DNA of 64,000 nt from Candidatus Krumholzibacteriota bacterium (lineage in GTDB: Bacteria > Krumholzibacteriota > Krumholzibacteriia > JAJRXK01): assembly GCA_963764625.1 (NCBI GenBank), contig CAVXTH010000005.1, positions 1 to 64,000 on the forward strand, in the 5' to 3' direction. Shown here in pieces: positions 1 to 10,153 of this stretch. The position numbers and the translations under genes were made by a program. Positions within the stretch are counted from its first letter, which is position 1, and every line of letters starts with the position of its first letter. The notes below the pieces were generated by a model that was not told the origin of the DNA, did not search any database, and was given only the letters and a program-made list of their open reading frames with translations.

Positions 1-198
1 GCTGCAACGAAGCCCAAATTTCCTCCAGATCATCCAGAGTGAACTCCCCCGATGTATCCGGTTCCGCCTGGGCTGCCGCGAGGAGTCGCTCTACGTACTC
101 GGGGCCAGTGAAGGTGTGATCTGCAAAAGAAGCTCCCGCTCGCGTGCACTCACTCTCACCTGAATTCTGTCGCCCTGTCCGATCTTCTGCCTCTTCAT
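1..198 (-). CDS. Partial hypothetical protein running off the window edge, with apparent frameshifts
   Basis: AGGAG 4 nt before ATG at 198; MKRQKIGQGDRIQVRVSARERELLL continues in another frame as DHTFTGPEYVERLL...FTLDDLEEI. No family recognised. Confidence 0.35.
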
Positions 199-358
199 GT
201 TGCTCCTGTTCGCCGTATCTGCCTCCGCCGGGCGCAGTGACTGCCCAGAGCATCGGGATTATCATCGCCCTCCCCCACTCGGCCTGACAAGAGCCACTTG
301 CCGCTGCCGGGGGGGTGGTGAAGCTTCTTTAGCTCCAGAACGGTCCGAAAGGCTGCGC

Positions 359-387
359 TTGACAACTGATACCGTTGGTGGTATCAT
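359..387 (+). promoter_or_regulatory. Sigma70 promoter with overlapping operator palindrome, probably leaderless
   Basis: TTGACA(359-364)-17 nt-TATCAT(382-387); ATG follows 7 nt later at 395 with no SD; inverted repeat TGATACC-N6-GGTATCA (367-386) overlaps the -10. Confidence 0.75.
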
Positions 388-394
388 ATGTGTC

Positions 395-589
395 ATGGGG
401 AAGATCCGGCGCGGGAATTACATCTTCGTCACCTACGTCGGTGACCATGGCCCCCGACACGTGCATGTGTACAGGGATCGCAAGCTGGTCACCAAATGGG
501 ACCTGGAGAACGCTTGCGAAATGGAGGGTACCACCATCAAGAAGGTGCGTGACTTGATCGCAGCGCTCGAGGCTGAGGGCTTACTATGA
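395..589 (+). CDS. DUF4160-like small protein, putative toxin of a TA pair (64 aa)
   Basis: MGKIRRGNYIFVTYVGDHGPRHVHV: the DHxPxHVHV motif is typical of DUF4160. Start set at ATG 395 after the promoter, not 197. Confidence 0.7.
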   Translation: MGKIRRGNYIFVTYVGDHGPRHVHVYRDRKLVTKWDLENACEMEGTTIKKVRDLIAALEAEGLL

Positions 590-1068
590 AGGTTCGTAAG
601 GTAGAAGCGAATAATCGACGAAAGTTGTTCGAGATCGTATCCGGGCGCCGGAACTTCGTGTTTCCGTACAGCAAGTGCGAACCACGGCCTGGATCGGATG
701 ACCCAATCGTGAAGGTATACCCTGACCCTGACATTGGTCGTGACGGTTTCACCTATGTTCTCCAGTCCGGAGCCGAGGGCACGATCCACATGGATCACGT
801 CCTGGAGTACAACCAAGACCCCGAGCAGCTGAAGAACCTCGCTCTGTATCGACTGACTCTCGAGGCTCAGGGAAGAGTCCAAGGTTCGCCCTTGTCCAAT
901 CGTGAGATTTGCCGACGCCTCGGGACGTCGATGTCACAGCTCTACAGGCTTCTGGACCAGACCAACTACACAAAGTCGATCGGCCAACTGCTCGCGCTAC
1001 TCGAAGTCCTGGATTGCGATGTAGAAATCGTCGTGCGTGATCGTGAACCCGAGTCTATTGGGTCCTGA
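586..1068 (+). CDS. Putative antitoxin: DUF2442-like N-terminus plus C-terminal XRE-type HTH
   Basis: ATGA overlap with the upstream gene; C-terminal LSNREICRRLGTSMSQLYRLL HTH. Confidence 0.65.
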   Translation: MKVRKVEANNRRKLFEIVSGRRNFVFPYSKCEPRPGSDDPIVKVYPDPDIGRDGFTYVLQSGAEGTIHMDHVLEYNQDPEQLKNLALYRLTLEAQGRVQGSPLSNREICRRLGTSMSQLYRLLDQTNYTKSIGQLLALLEVLDCDVEIVVRDREPESIGS

Positions 1069-1163
1069 TCGCAGCTTCGGTTAGCCAAGGTATGAGTGCT
1101 AGCTAACTCATCGGCAGGTACAACTTCGTTGTGTGGTACTTACCCGCCGTTCCATAAAGTAAG

Positions 1164-1502
1164 TCAGGACACCGTCTGTTCCTCATGCTCGTCCTCGAGG
1201 TCCTCGAACAGATTGATCAGAAAATCGCCGTCGGGAAAGGCCGCAATGATGCGCAACTCCCCGCCCATTGCCTCCAGAAAACGACGTAGAGTACTCACGT
1301 ACATGTCGGACTGACTTTCCATCTTGGAGACTGAAGCCTGATTGATCTGCAGCGATTCCGCGAGCTGCTGCTGGGTTAGGCGTCTGGCCTGCCGCAACTC
1401 CTGAAGCGCTACGTCATGCAGGAGCTCTTGGGTCCGCTGGGACACACGCTTCTGACGCTCCGGAGACATCTTGTCGACTAGCTTCTTGAACGACTTGGCC
1501 AT
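1164..1502 (-). CDS. XRE-family HigA-like antitoxin
   Basis: LQELRQARRLTQQQLAESLQINQASVSKME...DMYVSTLRRFLEAMGGEL is typical of antitoxins paired with RelE/Gp49-like toxins. Confidence 0.85.
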   Translation of the reverse strand: MAKSFKKLVDKMSPERQKRVSQRTQELLHDVALQELRQARRLTQQQLAESLQINQASVSKMESQSDMYVSTLRRFLEAMGGELRIIAAFPDGDFLINLFEDLEDEHEEQTVS

Positions 1503-1592
1503 CAGTTTTCGCCCTCCTTCTCGAGGAGCTTGAGGTGCTCGCTCATCCCACTATTCCGCGAACTCGTCCGTGTACTCGATTTCAAAGGCCAT
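1502..1592 (-). pseudogene. Remnant of a RelE/HigB (Gp49-like) toxin gene with internal deletion and nonsense codon
   Basis: ATG 1592 gives MAFEIEYTDEFAE*WDE (TAG at 1551-1553), joined out of frame to EHLKLLEKEGEN*, whose TGA overlaps the antitoxin ATG (TGATG). Confidence 0.75.
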
Positions 1593-1598
1593 GGGAAT

Positions 1599-1627
1599 AG
1601 TATAGCCTATAAGCAATATAACTACAA
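1599..1627 (-). promoter_or_regulatory. Sigma70 promoter of the toxin remnant/antitoxin operon, leaderless geometry
   Basis: TTGTAG(1627-1622)-17 nt-TATACT(1604-1599)-6 nt-ATG(1592). Confidence 0.65.
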
Positions 1628-1700
1628 GGCTATGTTTTACCGGCCTGGCAGCTGGCGCCCTTCCGGTTCCCGTCCAGAGTCCATTTTCTCATTTTTCCTC

Positions 1701-1728
1701 TTGTACCAAACGAGTATTTGTATATATT
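1701..1728 (+). promoter_or_regulatory. Possible sigma70 promoter with imperfect palindrome, facing the repeat array and dnaE2
   Basis: TTGTAC-16 nt-TATATT in an AT-rich patch; TACCAA...TTTGTA dyad overlapping the -35 and spacer. Confidence 0.35.
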
Positions 1729-2032
1729 GAAAGTGCCTCCCCAAAAACTCAGGGTTTCCCGTTCCATCGAACGCTCTGCGGCGGGCGCTCGGTGCGAGCT
1801 GGCCTGCACTTGCTCACGAGCCTTGGCGGAGCTTCGTGAACAGGGAAAGGCTGAACCCTGGGGAAACGTGACAATTTGACGCAAATCCTACGTGGCCGCT
1901 GGCTGCGAGAGGGAATCGTATACGTTGCTGCCTCGGCTGAATGGTGGCGAGGCCAGCCAAGCGTCCAGGCGGAGGTTAGGTGAATAAAAATGAAAACTCA
2001 GATCCGAGGAAGTCTGAGCGGCATGTCCACCA

Positions 2033-2322
2033 ACTCCGAACGTCGAGACACTCGGGTCGAGGGACGCGACTCCGAATGTCGAGACACTCACCGCGGGGCA
2101 TCCGGCGACTCCGAACGTCGAGACACTTTCGAACGAACACGGACCAACTCCGAACCGTGAACCACTCGGGAGAAAGGAAGTCTGAACTCCGAACGTCGAG
2201 ACACTTTGGAACGAACACGGACCAACTCCGAACTGTGAACCACTCGAGCGAAAGGAATACCGAACTCCGAACGTCGAGACACTTTCGAACCAACACGGAC
2301 CAACTCCGAACCGGGAACCACC
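2033..2322. repeat. Tandem array of 8 x 20-nt cores, period 39 nt (first interval 36), with a 78-nt higher-order unit
   Basis: Cores start at 2033, 2069, 2108, 2147, 2186, 2225, 2264, 2303; type A ACTCCGAACGTCGAGACACT and type B ACTCCGAACCGTGAACCACT alternate from copy 3. Confidence 0.9.
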
Positions 2323-2374
2323 GACCTCCTACTAGAACCATGACCTGAAACGCAGCAGCAGAAGCGAGACATCG

Positions 2375-5300
2375 ATGCCCCACGCCTCCTTCGTGCATCT
2401 GCATGTGCACAGTCACTACAGCATGCTCGCCGGCGCCACCGCACCGAAAGATCTGGTGGCCAGCGCCGCGCGCACGGGACAACAACAACTCGCGCTGAGT
2501 GACTGCAACGGTGCGTGGGGCAACGTGGCGTTCCAAAAAGCCTGCGAGGCGGAGGGCCTCCGTGCCATCCACGGCGTCGAGCTCACCGGCGAGCCGGCGC
2601 TGACCGATGCGATCGACGCACCGCGCGTGGTCCTGCACCAGCTGCGCGGTCCGCGTCCCCGCGCGGTGCTGCTCGCGCGCAACCCGGAAGGCTGGGCCGC
2701 GATCTGTCGCGCCACCAGCCTGCGTCAGCTGCGGCCCGACTTCGATCTCGGGGCCACGCTGCGCCAACTGTTGGTGGAGCACCCGCACGATCTCTTCGTG
2801 CTGTGCGACGACATCCCATTGCTGCGCGCCCTGGCGCCCCTCTGCCCCCAGCGCGGGCAGCCCAGCGACCCCGGCGCGCTCTACGTCCTCCTCGCCTGGC
2901 AGGAGTGCATCCACCGGCCCGAGCGTCTGGTGGGACCGAAGCCTCCCCTGGAGGCACTGAAGATCTGGCGCCACGCCCCGCGGGTGCCCAATCGCCGGCG
3001 TCTGCGCCAACTCGAGCAGCTGGCGCAACGCCTCCATCTGCCCACCGTGGCCAGCGGCGACGTGTGGTTCGCCGAGCCCGACGGCCTGCTCACCCAGCGC
3101 GTGCTCAGCGCCATCCGCACCCGCAGCACCCTCTCGCGCGTGAAGCCACCCGCTCTCGCCCCCGAAGGCGCCTGGCTGCGCAGCCCCGAAGAGATGGCCC
3201 AACTCTTCGACGAGTTCCCCGACGCGGTGCGCAACACGCTCGTCATCGCCGAGGCCTGCACCTTCCGCATGAAGCTCGGCACCTGGACCTATCCCGACTT
3301 CCCCCTCCCTCCGGGCGAAAGCGCCGAGGGCTTCCTGTGGAAAGTCGCCTTCGACGGACTCGCGCGCCGCTTCCAACCCATTCCCCCCCACGCCATGGAG
3401 CGCCTGCAAGAGGAGATGCAGGTGGCCGTCCGCCTGCACTTCGCCGAATACCTGCTCGTGGTGTGGGACATCGCGCGCTACGCCCACGAGGAACACATCC
3501 CCGTGGTCGGCCGCGGCTCGGCCGCCAACAGCCTGCTCTGCTACGTATTGGGCATCACCAACATCGATCCCTTCGCTCACGACCTCTTCTTCCAACGCTT
3601 CCTGAATCCCGAGCGCGTCTCCCCGCCCGACATCGACCTCGACTTCTGCTGGCGCCGCCGCGACAAAGTGCTGCGCTACGTCTACGAACGCTACGGACAC
3701 GACCGCGTGGCCATGATCGGCACCATCAATACCTTCGCCGCGCGCAGCGGCGTGCGCGAAGTCGCCAAGACCATCGGCCTGAGCGACCGCGAGATCAGCC
3801 CCATCACCGACCGCCTCCCCCATCGCAGCCTGGGCGACTTCGACAGCTGGCAAGAGCGCATCCCCGAAGCGCGCCACCTCCCCATGCACGAAGAACCCTG
3901 GCGCAGCATCCTGAAGGTGGGCACCGCGCTCGAGGGATTCCCACGCCACATGGGCATCCACGCCGGCGGCATCGTCATCGGCCGCGCGCCGCTCACCAAC
4001 CGCTTCCCTTTGCAGTGGGCGCGCAAGGGCTTCGTCATCACCCAGATCGACATGTATTCGATGGAAGACGTCGGCCTGGTGAAGATCGACCTCCTCGCGC
4101 AACGCGGACTCTCGGTGGTGGCCGACACGGTGGAAGCGGTGCACCGCAACACCGGCCGCCGCGTCGACCTTCAAGAGAGCTACGACGAGGATCCCGCCAC
4201 CCGCCGCGCCATGGGACGCGGGGAAACCATGGGCTGCTTCTACGTCGAATCGCCGGGCATGCGCGCCCTCCTGCAAAAACTCCACGCCGACACCTTCCCC
4301 ATGGTGGTCGCCGCCTCCTCCCTCATCCGCCCCGGCCCCAGCGACAGCGGCATGATGCGCCGCTTCGTGCAGGCGCACCTGGGGCTGGACGCCCCACAAC
4401 GCCTGCACCCCGACTTGAAGTTTCTCGACGAAACCTACGGGGTGATGGTCTACCAGGAAGACGTGATGCGCGTGGCCCACGTCATCGGCGGCCTCAGCCT
4501 GGGCGAAGCCGACCTCATGCGCCGCGCCATGAGCTTCAAGGGCAGCAGCGAACAGTTTCTCTCGCTGAAGAAGAAGTTTCTCGAGGGCGCCAAGCAGCGC
4601 CAAGTCGAGGACGAAGTCGCCCACGAGATCTGGCGCCAGATGGAGAGCTTCGCCGGCTACGCCTTCTGCAAAGCGCACTCGGCCGCCTACGCGGTGGTGA
4701 GCTTTCAGGCCGTCTACCTCAAGAGCCACTGGGCGGCCGAGTTCATGGCCGCGGTCCTGAGCAACCAGGGCGGCTTCTACCACACCGCCGCCTACCTGGA
4801 GGAAGCGCGCCGCCTGGGCCTGCACATCCTTCTGCCCGACATCAACCGCAGCGAAATCATCTTCTCAGGAAAAGACGACGAATTGCGCATCGGCCTCATG
4901 CAGGTGAAGGGACTCTCGACCCGCACCATGAAAGCCATCACCCACGCGCGCACAAGTGACGGCTTCTTCGTTTCGCTCAGCGACCTGCTCAGCCCGCGTC
5001 CCCGAAGCGAGCGAGGACGAAGTCGCCGCCCTCATCCGGGTGGGCGCCCTGGACAGTTTCGAATTGAGCCGCCCCGAACTCCTGTGGAAACACAAGGTGC
5101 TGCGCCGTCAGCAACACCGTCAGCAACAGAAAGCTGCCCCCTCCACCGCCCGCGCGGGACGCATCGCCTCCCTCTTCCCCGAACGCGCGCTGATGGCCAC
5201 CCAAAACACCTCCCTCGTACCGCGCATCCCCGACTGGGACGCGCGCCAACGCCTGCGCCTCGAACAGGAGGGCCTGCAGCTCAGCGCCAGCCTGCACCCC

Positions 5301-5622
5301 ATGGGCATGCTGCGCGCCTATCTCGATTCTCAGGGAGTGCTGCGCGCGTGCGAGATCTTCGGCCACGTCGGCCGCCGCGTGAAAGTGGCCGGCATCCTCA
5401 TCACCACCAAGAGCACCGTGGTCAAACGCACCGGGCAACCCATGAAATTCCTGAGCCTGGAGGACGAGACCGAACTCATCGAGGTCACGCTCTTCCCGCG
5501 CAGCTTACCGACAGTGGGGCCACGTGCTGCTCACCCGCGGCCCCTACCTGGTCACCGGCACCGTCGAGGACGACCACGGCAGCATCACCATCACAGCCAA
5601 CAAGGTGGAGTTGTTGCGCTAA
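2375..5622 (+). CDS. dnaE2: Family C DNA polymerase alpha subunit, DnaE2/ImuC-like, with two apparent +1 frameshifts (~4991, ~5506)
   Basis: PHP HLHVHSHYS, VGRGSAANS, catalytic PDIDLDF, GIHAGG, YAFCKAHSAAY; OB-fold MKFLSLEDET in the next frame; ends ...GSITITANKVELLR* at 5620-5622. The dnaE2 subtype is inferred. Confidence 0.8.
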
Positions 5623-5635
5623 ATGAGAGCCGCGT

Positions 5636-6578
5636 TCATTCGACCGGCTCCACCGCCGGCGTAGGAGGCGCCACCGGCTTCGCCCGCCGCGCGTGCGCCA
5701 CCCCCAAAATGATCGCCACCGCCACCACGATCACCGCCGCGCCGGCCATCATGCGCGGGGTCAAGTACTCGCCGCCCACGCTCCAGCCCAGAAATACCGC
5801 GATCACCGGATTCACGAAGGCATAGGTCGACACTGCCGCCGCACTGCGCACGCTGAGCAACCATATGTAGGCCGTCGTCGCGAGCATCGAGCCGATGACC
5901 GAAAGATAGAGCATGGCCAGCACCGACTTCGTGGTGATCGCCGCCAGCTCGACCCGGCCCCACTCGCCGCTCACCGTCCCGGCGAGAATCAACACCAGAC
6001 CACCCATGAACATCTGCATGGCGACGGAGACCAGAGGGGACGAAGGCCGAGGGATGCGCCGCGAGAGCAGCGAACCGATCGACCACAAGAACGCCGCGAG
6101 CATCAGAACCATCCCGCCCACCGCAGGCACCCGCGCCAGTTCGTCCCCGCTGGGCGCCATGAGCCAGGCCACCCCGCCGAAACCCAAGAGCAATCCGAAC
6201 ATGGTTCCTCCGTGCAGACTCGGCCCCTTGAAAAAGAAGCGATCCAAGAGCGTCATCCACAGAGGCAGCGTCGCGATGATCACCGCCGCGATCGAAGAGG
6301 GCACCGTCTGCTCGGCCCAGCTCACCAGCCCATTGCCCCCGAACATCATGAACGCGCCCAGAATGAGCGCCGAACGCCAGTGCACCGAGGCTCGGCCGGG
6401 GCCCACCCTTGCGCCGCAGCCACAGATACATCGGCAGACCGGCCAAAATGTAGCGCGTCCCCGCCATGAGAAACGGCGGCACTGTTTCCACCGCGTAGCG
6501 GATGGCCAGATAGGTCGAACCCCAGCAGAGGTAGACTGCGGCGAACGCCAACACAACGCGCGTGCGAGAGGGTTGCAT
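5636..6578 (-). CDS. EamA/DMT (YedA-like) transporter, apparent frameshift near 6386
   Basis: N-terminus AFAAVYLCWGSTYLAIR (ORF from 6578) joins the frame with GNGLVSWAEQTVPSS...STYAFVNPVIAVFLG. Confidence 0.85.
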
Positions 6579-6584
6579 CGAAGA

Positions 6585-7221
6585 CTATTCTCCAGGATCC
6601 GGGGAATCGCCTGCCGGCTTGCGTAGAGCACACACCGCATAGCGCGCGCGGCGCTCGTTCAACTTGCGCACCGCGCGGCGCACCGAGTCGTCCGACGCCA
6701 GCCTCGCGACTCCGTCGAAGCTCACCCAGCGCGCATCCAACGCATCGCTTCCCGCCTGCAGCTTTCCCTCCGCCGCGCGAAACACGAAACGCAGATCGAA
6801 GTGCTCGTGGGCCGGCTCGGCCGAACGCGTACCCCTCGCCACACGCGCCGGAATCGCGTGCACGTCGACATCTAACAGCCCCTCGCCCAAGCGCACCAAG
6901 TCCTGAAGCCCCGTCTCCTCGCGCAGCTCGCGCCGTACCGCCTCCACCACGTCCCCGTCCTCGGGATCCACATGCCCGCCGGGCTGCAACCAGCGCTTCA
7001 GCTTCGCATGATGAATGAACAGGATCCGCTCCAATCTAGCATCCAGTACGAACGCACTGGCGGTGAAGTGACCAGGCTGGAAATGGGTCCGCGCGAAGGG
7101 ATCGTTCGCATTCTCCAAGAGCTCGCGCATGCGCCGCAGATGCTCCTTCTCGCGCGCATCTTGGGGCTCGTGCGCGTCGAGCAGCGCGCTGGAGGTGTTC
7201 GCGGCGCGTCAATGTCGTCAC
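6585..7221 (-). CDS. NUDIX hydrolase; likely GTG start at 7221 with apparent frameshift near 7190
   Basis: GHFTASAFV, WLQPGGHVD...AVRRELREETGL Nudix box, HEHFDLRF; the frame extends upstream of 7130 as LLDAHEPQDAREKEH. Confidence 0.85.
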
Positions 7222-7364
7222 TTCCCTCTCGATCGGGCTCGGGCGCGCGGTCTCAGGCCACGCCCACCATGGCATACCCGCAGAATCCTCGAAACTCTGC
7301 CTCACTTGCGCTATCTTCTCGCGACCGCCGTCCCCCGCACAAGCGCAGAAAGGACAACTCACCC

Positions 7365-7778
7365 ATGGCCGTCGAAATTTCCGTGGTCTACGAAGGCGAG
7401 CTCCACACCGAAGCCACCCACGGACCCTCCGCCGTCACCCTCAACACCGACGCGCCGGTCGACAACCGGGGCCGCGGCACCTCGTTCTCCCCCACCGATC
7501 TGGTGGCCACCGCGCTCGGCTGCTGCATGCTCACCCTCATGGGCATCGCCGCTCTCGACCGCGAACTCGACATCGAGGGCACCCGCGTGAAAGTCTTCAA
7601 GGAGATGATCGCCGATCCCCACCGCCGCATCAAAAGCCTGCGCAGCATCATCACCCTGCCCCATGCACTCCCGGAGAAACAGCGCACGATCCTCGAGAGA
7701 GCCGCCCTCACCTGTCCGGTGCACCAAAGCCTGGCCGAGAAAGTCGAGCGCCCGGTGGAGTTCGTCTGGCCGAAATAG
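7365..7778 (+). CDS. OsmC-family protein
   Basis: TDAPVDNRGRGTSFSPTDLVATALGCC...LERAALTCPVHQSL; AAGGA upstream of ATG 7365. Confidence 0.9.
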   Translation: MAVEISVVYEGELHTEATHGPSAVTLNTDAPVDNRGRGTSFSPTDLVATALGCCMLTLMGIAALDRELDIEGTRVKVFKEMIADPHRRIKSLRSIITLPHALPEKQRTILERAALTCPVHQSLAEKVERPVEFVWPK

Positions 7779-7784
7779 TGGGGC

Positions 7785-9041
7785 CTACACCCGGTCCCTC
7801 ACCAGCGGCTGACTCAAGCAGTGCGGCCCGCCGCGCGCGCGGCTCAGTTCGTGACTGGGCAAGAGCACGCACTTGCGTCCCTCGTCCAAAGCCAGCGGCC
7901 GCTCGTCCTCCAACACCTCGTCCGCGGTCAGAATCTCAAAGCCGTGCCGCTCGAGTTCCTCGATGGTGCGCGGATTGCGGTCGTACAGGGTGATCACTCC
8001 GGGCGCCAGGGCCAGCGCGTTGGCCCCGTCGGTCCACTGCTCGCGCAGTTGGTCGACCTGGTCGGTCCCGCCGCAACGGATCGCCTCCAGGTCGAGCCCG
8101 CGCTCACGAAGCGCGCCGAGAAAACTGGACCGCGCCGAAGGATGCGGATGCTCCTCGTGCAGGTCGAACTCGTAGACGTGGGTCTCCTCCGACGCTCCGG
8201 CCATGATCACCGGCGCGTGCACCAGACAGGCATCGCGGTCGATCGGAGTGAATACGGTATCCAGGTGCATGTAGGCCCGGCTGCGCGGCAGCACGGCCAC
8301 GATCAAGAAGCGCGGCGCGCCCTCTTGCCGCCCCAGAGCCTTCACCAAGCGGCGGATCCCGGTCTGGTTCGTGCGCTCCGACAGGCCCACCGCCAGCACC
8401 TCCTCGCTCATCACCAACAGGTCGCCGCCCTCGTAGTGCGGCCGATGCAACCCGAGAAGGGTCGGCCCCCCGCCCTGGGGCACCAGCGGATCGTGCCACA
8501 CCCGTGTGTCCTTGTAGTGGGGATGAAAGCGGAAGATGGCCGACGAGAGCACCGCCTCGCGCCAGCGGGCCTCGGTGGCCATCGACGCAAAGAGCACTCC
8601 TTCCCCCAAAGCGATCAGGGGGTCGCGCTGGAAACACCAGTTGGGCGCGGGCGAGAGTTCGAAGAGGCCATCGGCCGAGAACGCGGGCAGTCCTCCCGCG
8701 AGGCGTGAGCCGTACAGAACCAGCTGCGCCAGAGCTCGCGGATTGTCCTCGGCCTTCAGCGAGTGGTTCTCCAGCACCGCGCGGCGCACCCACGCGCGGG
8801 CCTCGGCGTCTTCGAACGCCTCGGCCAGCAGATCGAGCGCCTCGAGGACTTCGATCCCCGCCTTCGCGAGCACCCGGCGAAAGGTGAGATGCTCCTCACG
8901 CGCCTGATCCCCGTAAAGAATGTCGTCAAAGAGGAGCTCCTCCATCATCAAGGGCACCATCGTGTCGACCTCGCGGCCGGGCTGGTGCATGAGGAGCTGG
9001 CGCAGGCGCCCCACTTCGGAATGGACGGAAACGGACGGCAT
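7785..9041 (-). CDS. arcA: Arginine deiminase
   Basis: VHSEVGRLR, LLFDDI, FQRDP, EGGD, MHLDTVFT, EQWTDGANALA, ELSRARGGPHCLSQP. Confidence 0.92.
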   Translation of the reverse strand: MPSVSVHSEVGRLRQLLMHQPGREVDTMVPLMMEELLFDDILYGDQAREEHLTFRRVLAKAGIEVLEALDLLAEAFEDAEARAWVRRAVLENHSLKAEDNPRALAQLVLYGSRLAGGLPAFSADGLFELSPAPNWCFQRDPLIALGEGVLFASMATEARWREAVLSSAIFRFHPHYKDTRVWHDPLVPQGGGPTLLGLHRPHYEGGDLLVMSEEVLAVGLSERTNQTGIRRLVKALGRQEGAPRFLIVAVLPRSRAYMHLDTVFTPIDRDACLVHAPVIMAGASEETHVYEFDLHEEHPHPSARSSFLGALRERGLDLEAIRCGGTDQVDQLREQWTDGANALALAPGVITLYDRNPRTIEELERHGFEILTADEVLEDERPLALDEGRKCVLLPSHELSRARGGPHCLSQPLVRDRV

Positions 9042-9099
9042 CGGGCCTACCCAGATTCAGGGGGAACCCGAGCAGAGTACAGGGGACCGGCGAGCCGCG

Positions 9100-9858
9100 C
9101 TACCGCGCCGCCCCCGGCCGGTCGAAGACGAAAATCAGATGCCGCCCTTCCACCGTCACGAACGCGGTCATCGGATAGGCGGGAGCTTGGTCCGCGCGCC
9201 AATAGGCCCACCAGGCGCGTCCCGCTTGCGCGGGAATCTCCAGGCGAGACGGAGCCACTGGAGCCACGGCTGACCAGTCGTTCGGGGTGAGCCCGCGATC
9301 CTGGTTCTTAAAGGACGGGCGAGCCACCGGGGCCCGCTGCTCGCCCTTGCCGGAGCCGAGCCCGCCGGCGTAGCCCAGGCTATCTCCGCTGTACTCCTGG
9401 CCGTCCAGACCCAGGTTGTCGTGCGCATAGTTCGAGTTCTCGCGAGCGCTCTTCCCGCGCAGGCCACATTCGTCGGCCCCGTGGAAATCGCTCACCGCTT
9501 CGAGCCACTGCCCCTTGGCGTCGACCAGGCGCAGATCGTCCCGGGTGATTTCCAGCGGCCGATCCTGCCGATTGGTCACGATGAGATCGAGACCATAGAA
9601 GGCACCCACGTGAAACGCGGAAACCGCGACGTGCAGAGTCTGGTCGCCCGCGACGAGGCCGTCCCGCATGACCGAATCCGGACCGAGTTCTTCGTAATTC
9701 GGCATCTCGGACAGCCGAATGCTGTAATCGCTCGTGACTCCCGCCAGAGTCTCCGATGCGCCTCCGGAAGTGGAAAGATCGGTGCGGGCCTGCTGGTTGG
9801 TGCTCGCGCAGCCGCAGAAAAGAAGAGTGAGAACAAATGCCGTCGTAACGCGTGCCAT
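9100..9858 (-). CDS. Hypothetical lipoprotein
   Basis: MARVTTAFVLTLLFCGC lipobox-like signal; GGGAG upstream of ATG 9858. Confidence 0.65.
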   Translation of the reverse strand: MARVTTAFVLTLLFCGCASTNQQARTDLSTSGGASETLAGVTSDYSIRLSEMPNYEELGPDSVMRDGLVAGDQTLHVAVSAFHVGAFYGLDLIVTNRQDRPLEITRDDLRLVDAKGQWLEAVSDFHGADECGLRGKSARENSNYAHDNLGLDGQEYSGDSLGYAGGLGSGKGEQRAPVARPSFKNQDRGLTPNDWSAVAPVAPSRLEIPAQAGRAWWAYWRADQAPAYPMTAFVTVEGRHLIFVFDRPGAAR

Positions 9859-10153
9859 GGTCAGCTCCCGGGCGTATTGTTCGACCCCCGGAGGGCCCAT
9901 TGCAGCAACTTCTTTGCCCAGCGGATCTTCGGATAGTATCCTGGAGCCGTGAGTCCTCACCATCGCGTGAACGAACGCCACGCGCCTCAGAATTCCCGAT
10001 GAGGGAATTTGGGCCGCATCGGACTGGCGTTCAGAAGCGGGCATGATGCGCCTCGCCGACGCACTCTGTTGCCGCCCCGATGGAGAAAACCGCCAGCTAC
10101 AGCGTCTGGCAATCGAAGCTGAATAGACCCAGAACCTCAGGCAGGAGCATACC

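Noticed and set aside
2033-2322. CRISPR array
   Set aside because: Spacers are only 16-19 nt and repeat with a 78-nt period, two core types alternate, and no cas genes are in the window.
1-2374. Mobile element or prophage around the TA loci
   Set aside because: No integrase, transposase, tRNA target or terminal repeats are visible within the window.
1976-4825. 949-aa minus-strand ORF (also 20701-22653, 60782-62854 and similar)
   Set aside because: Antisense shadows of real genes in GC-rich DNA, with no domain motifs.
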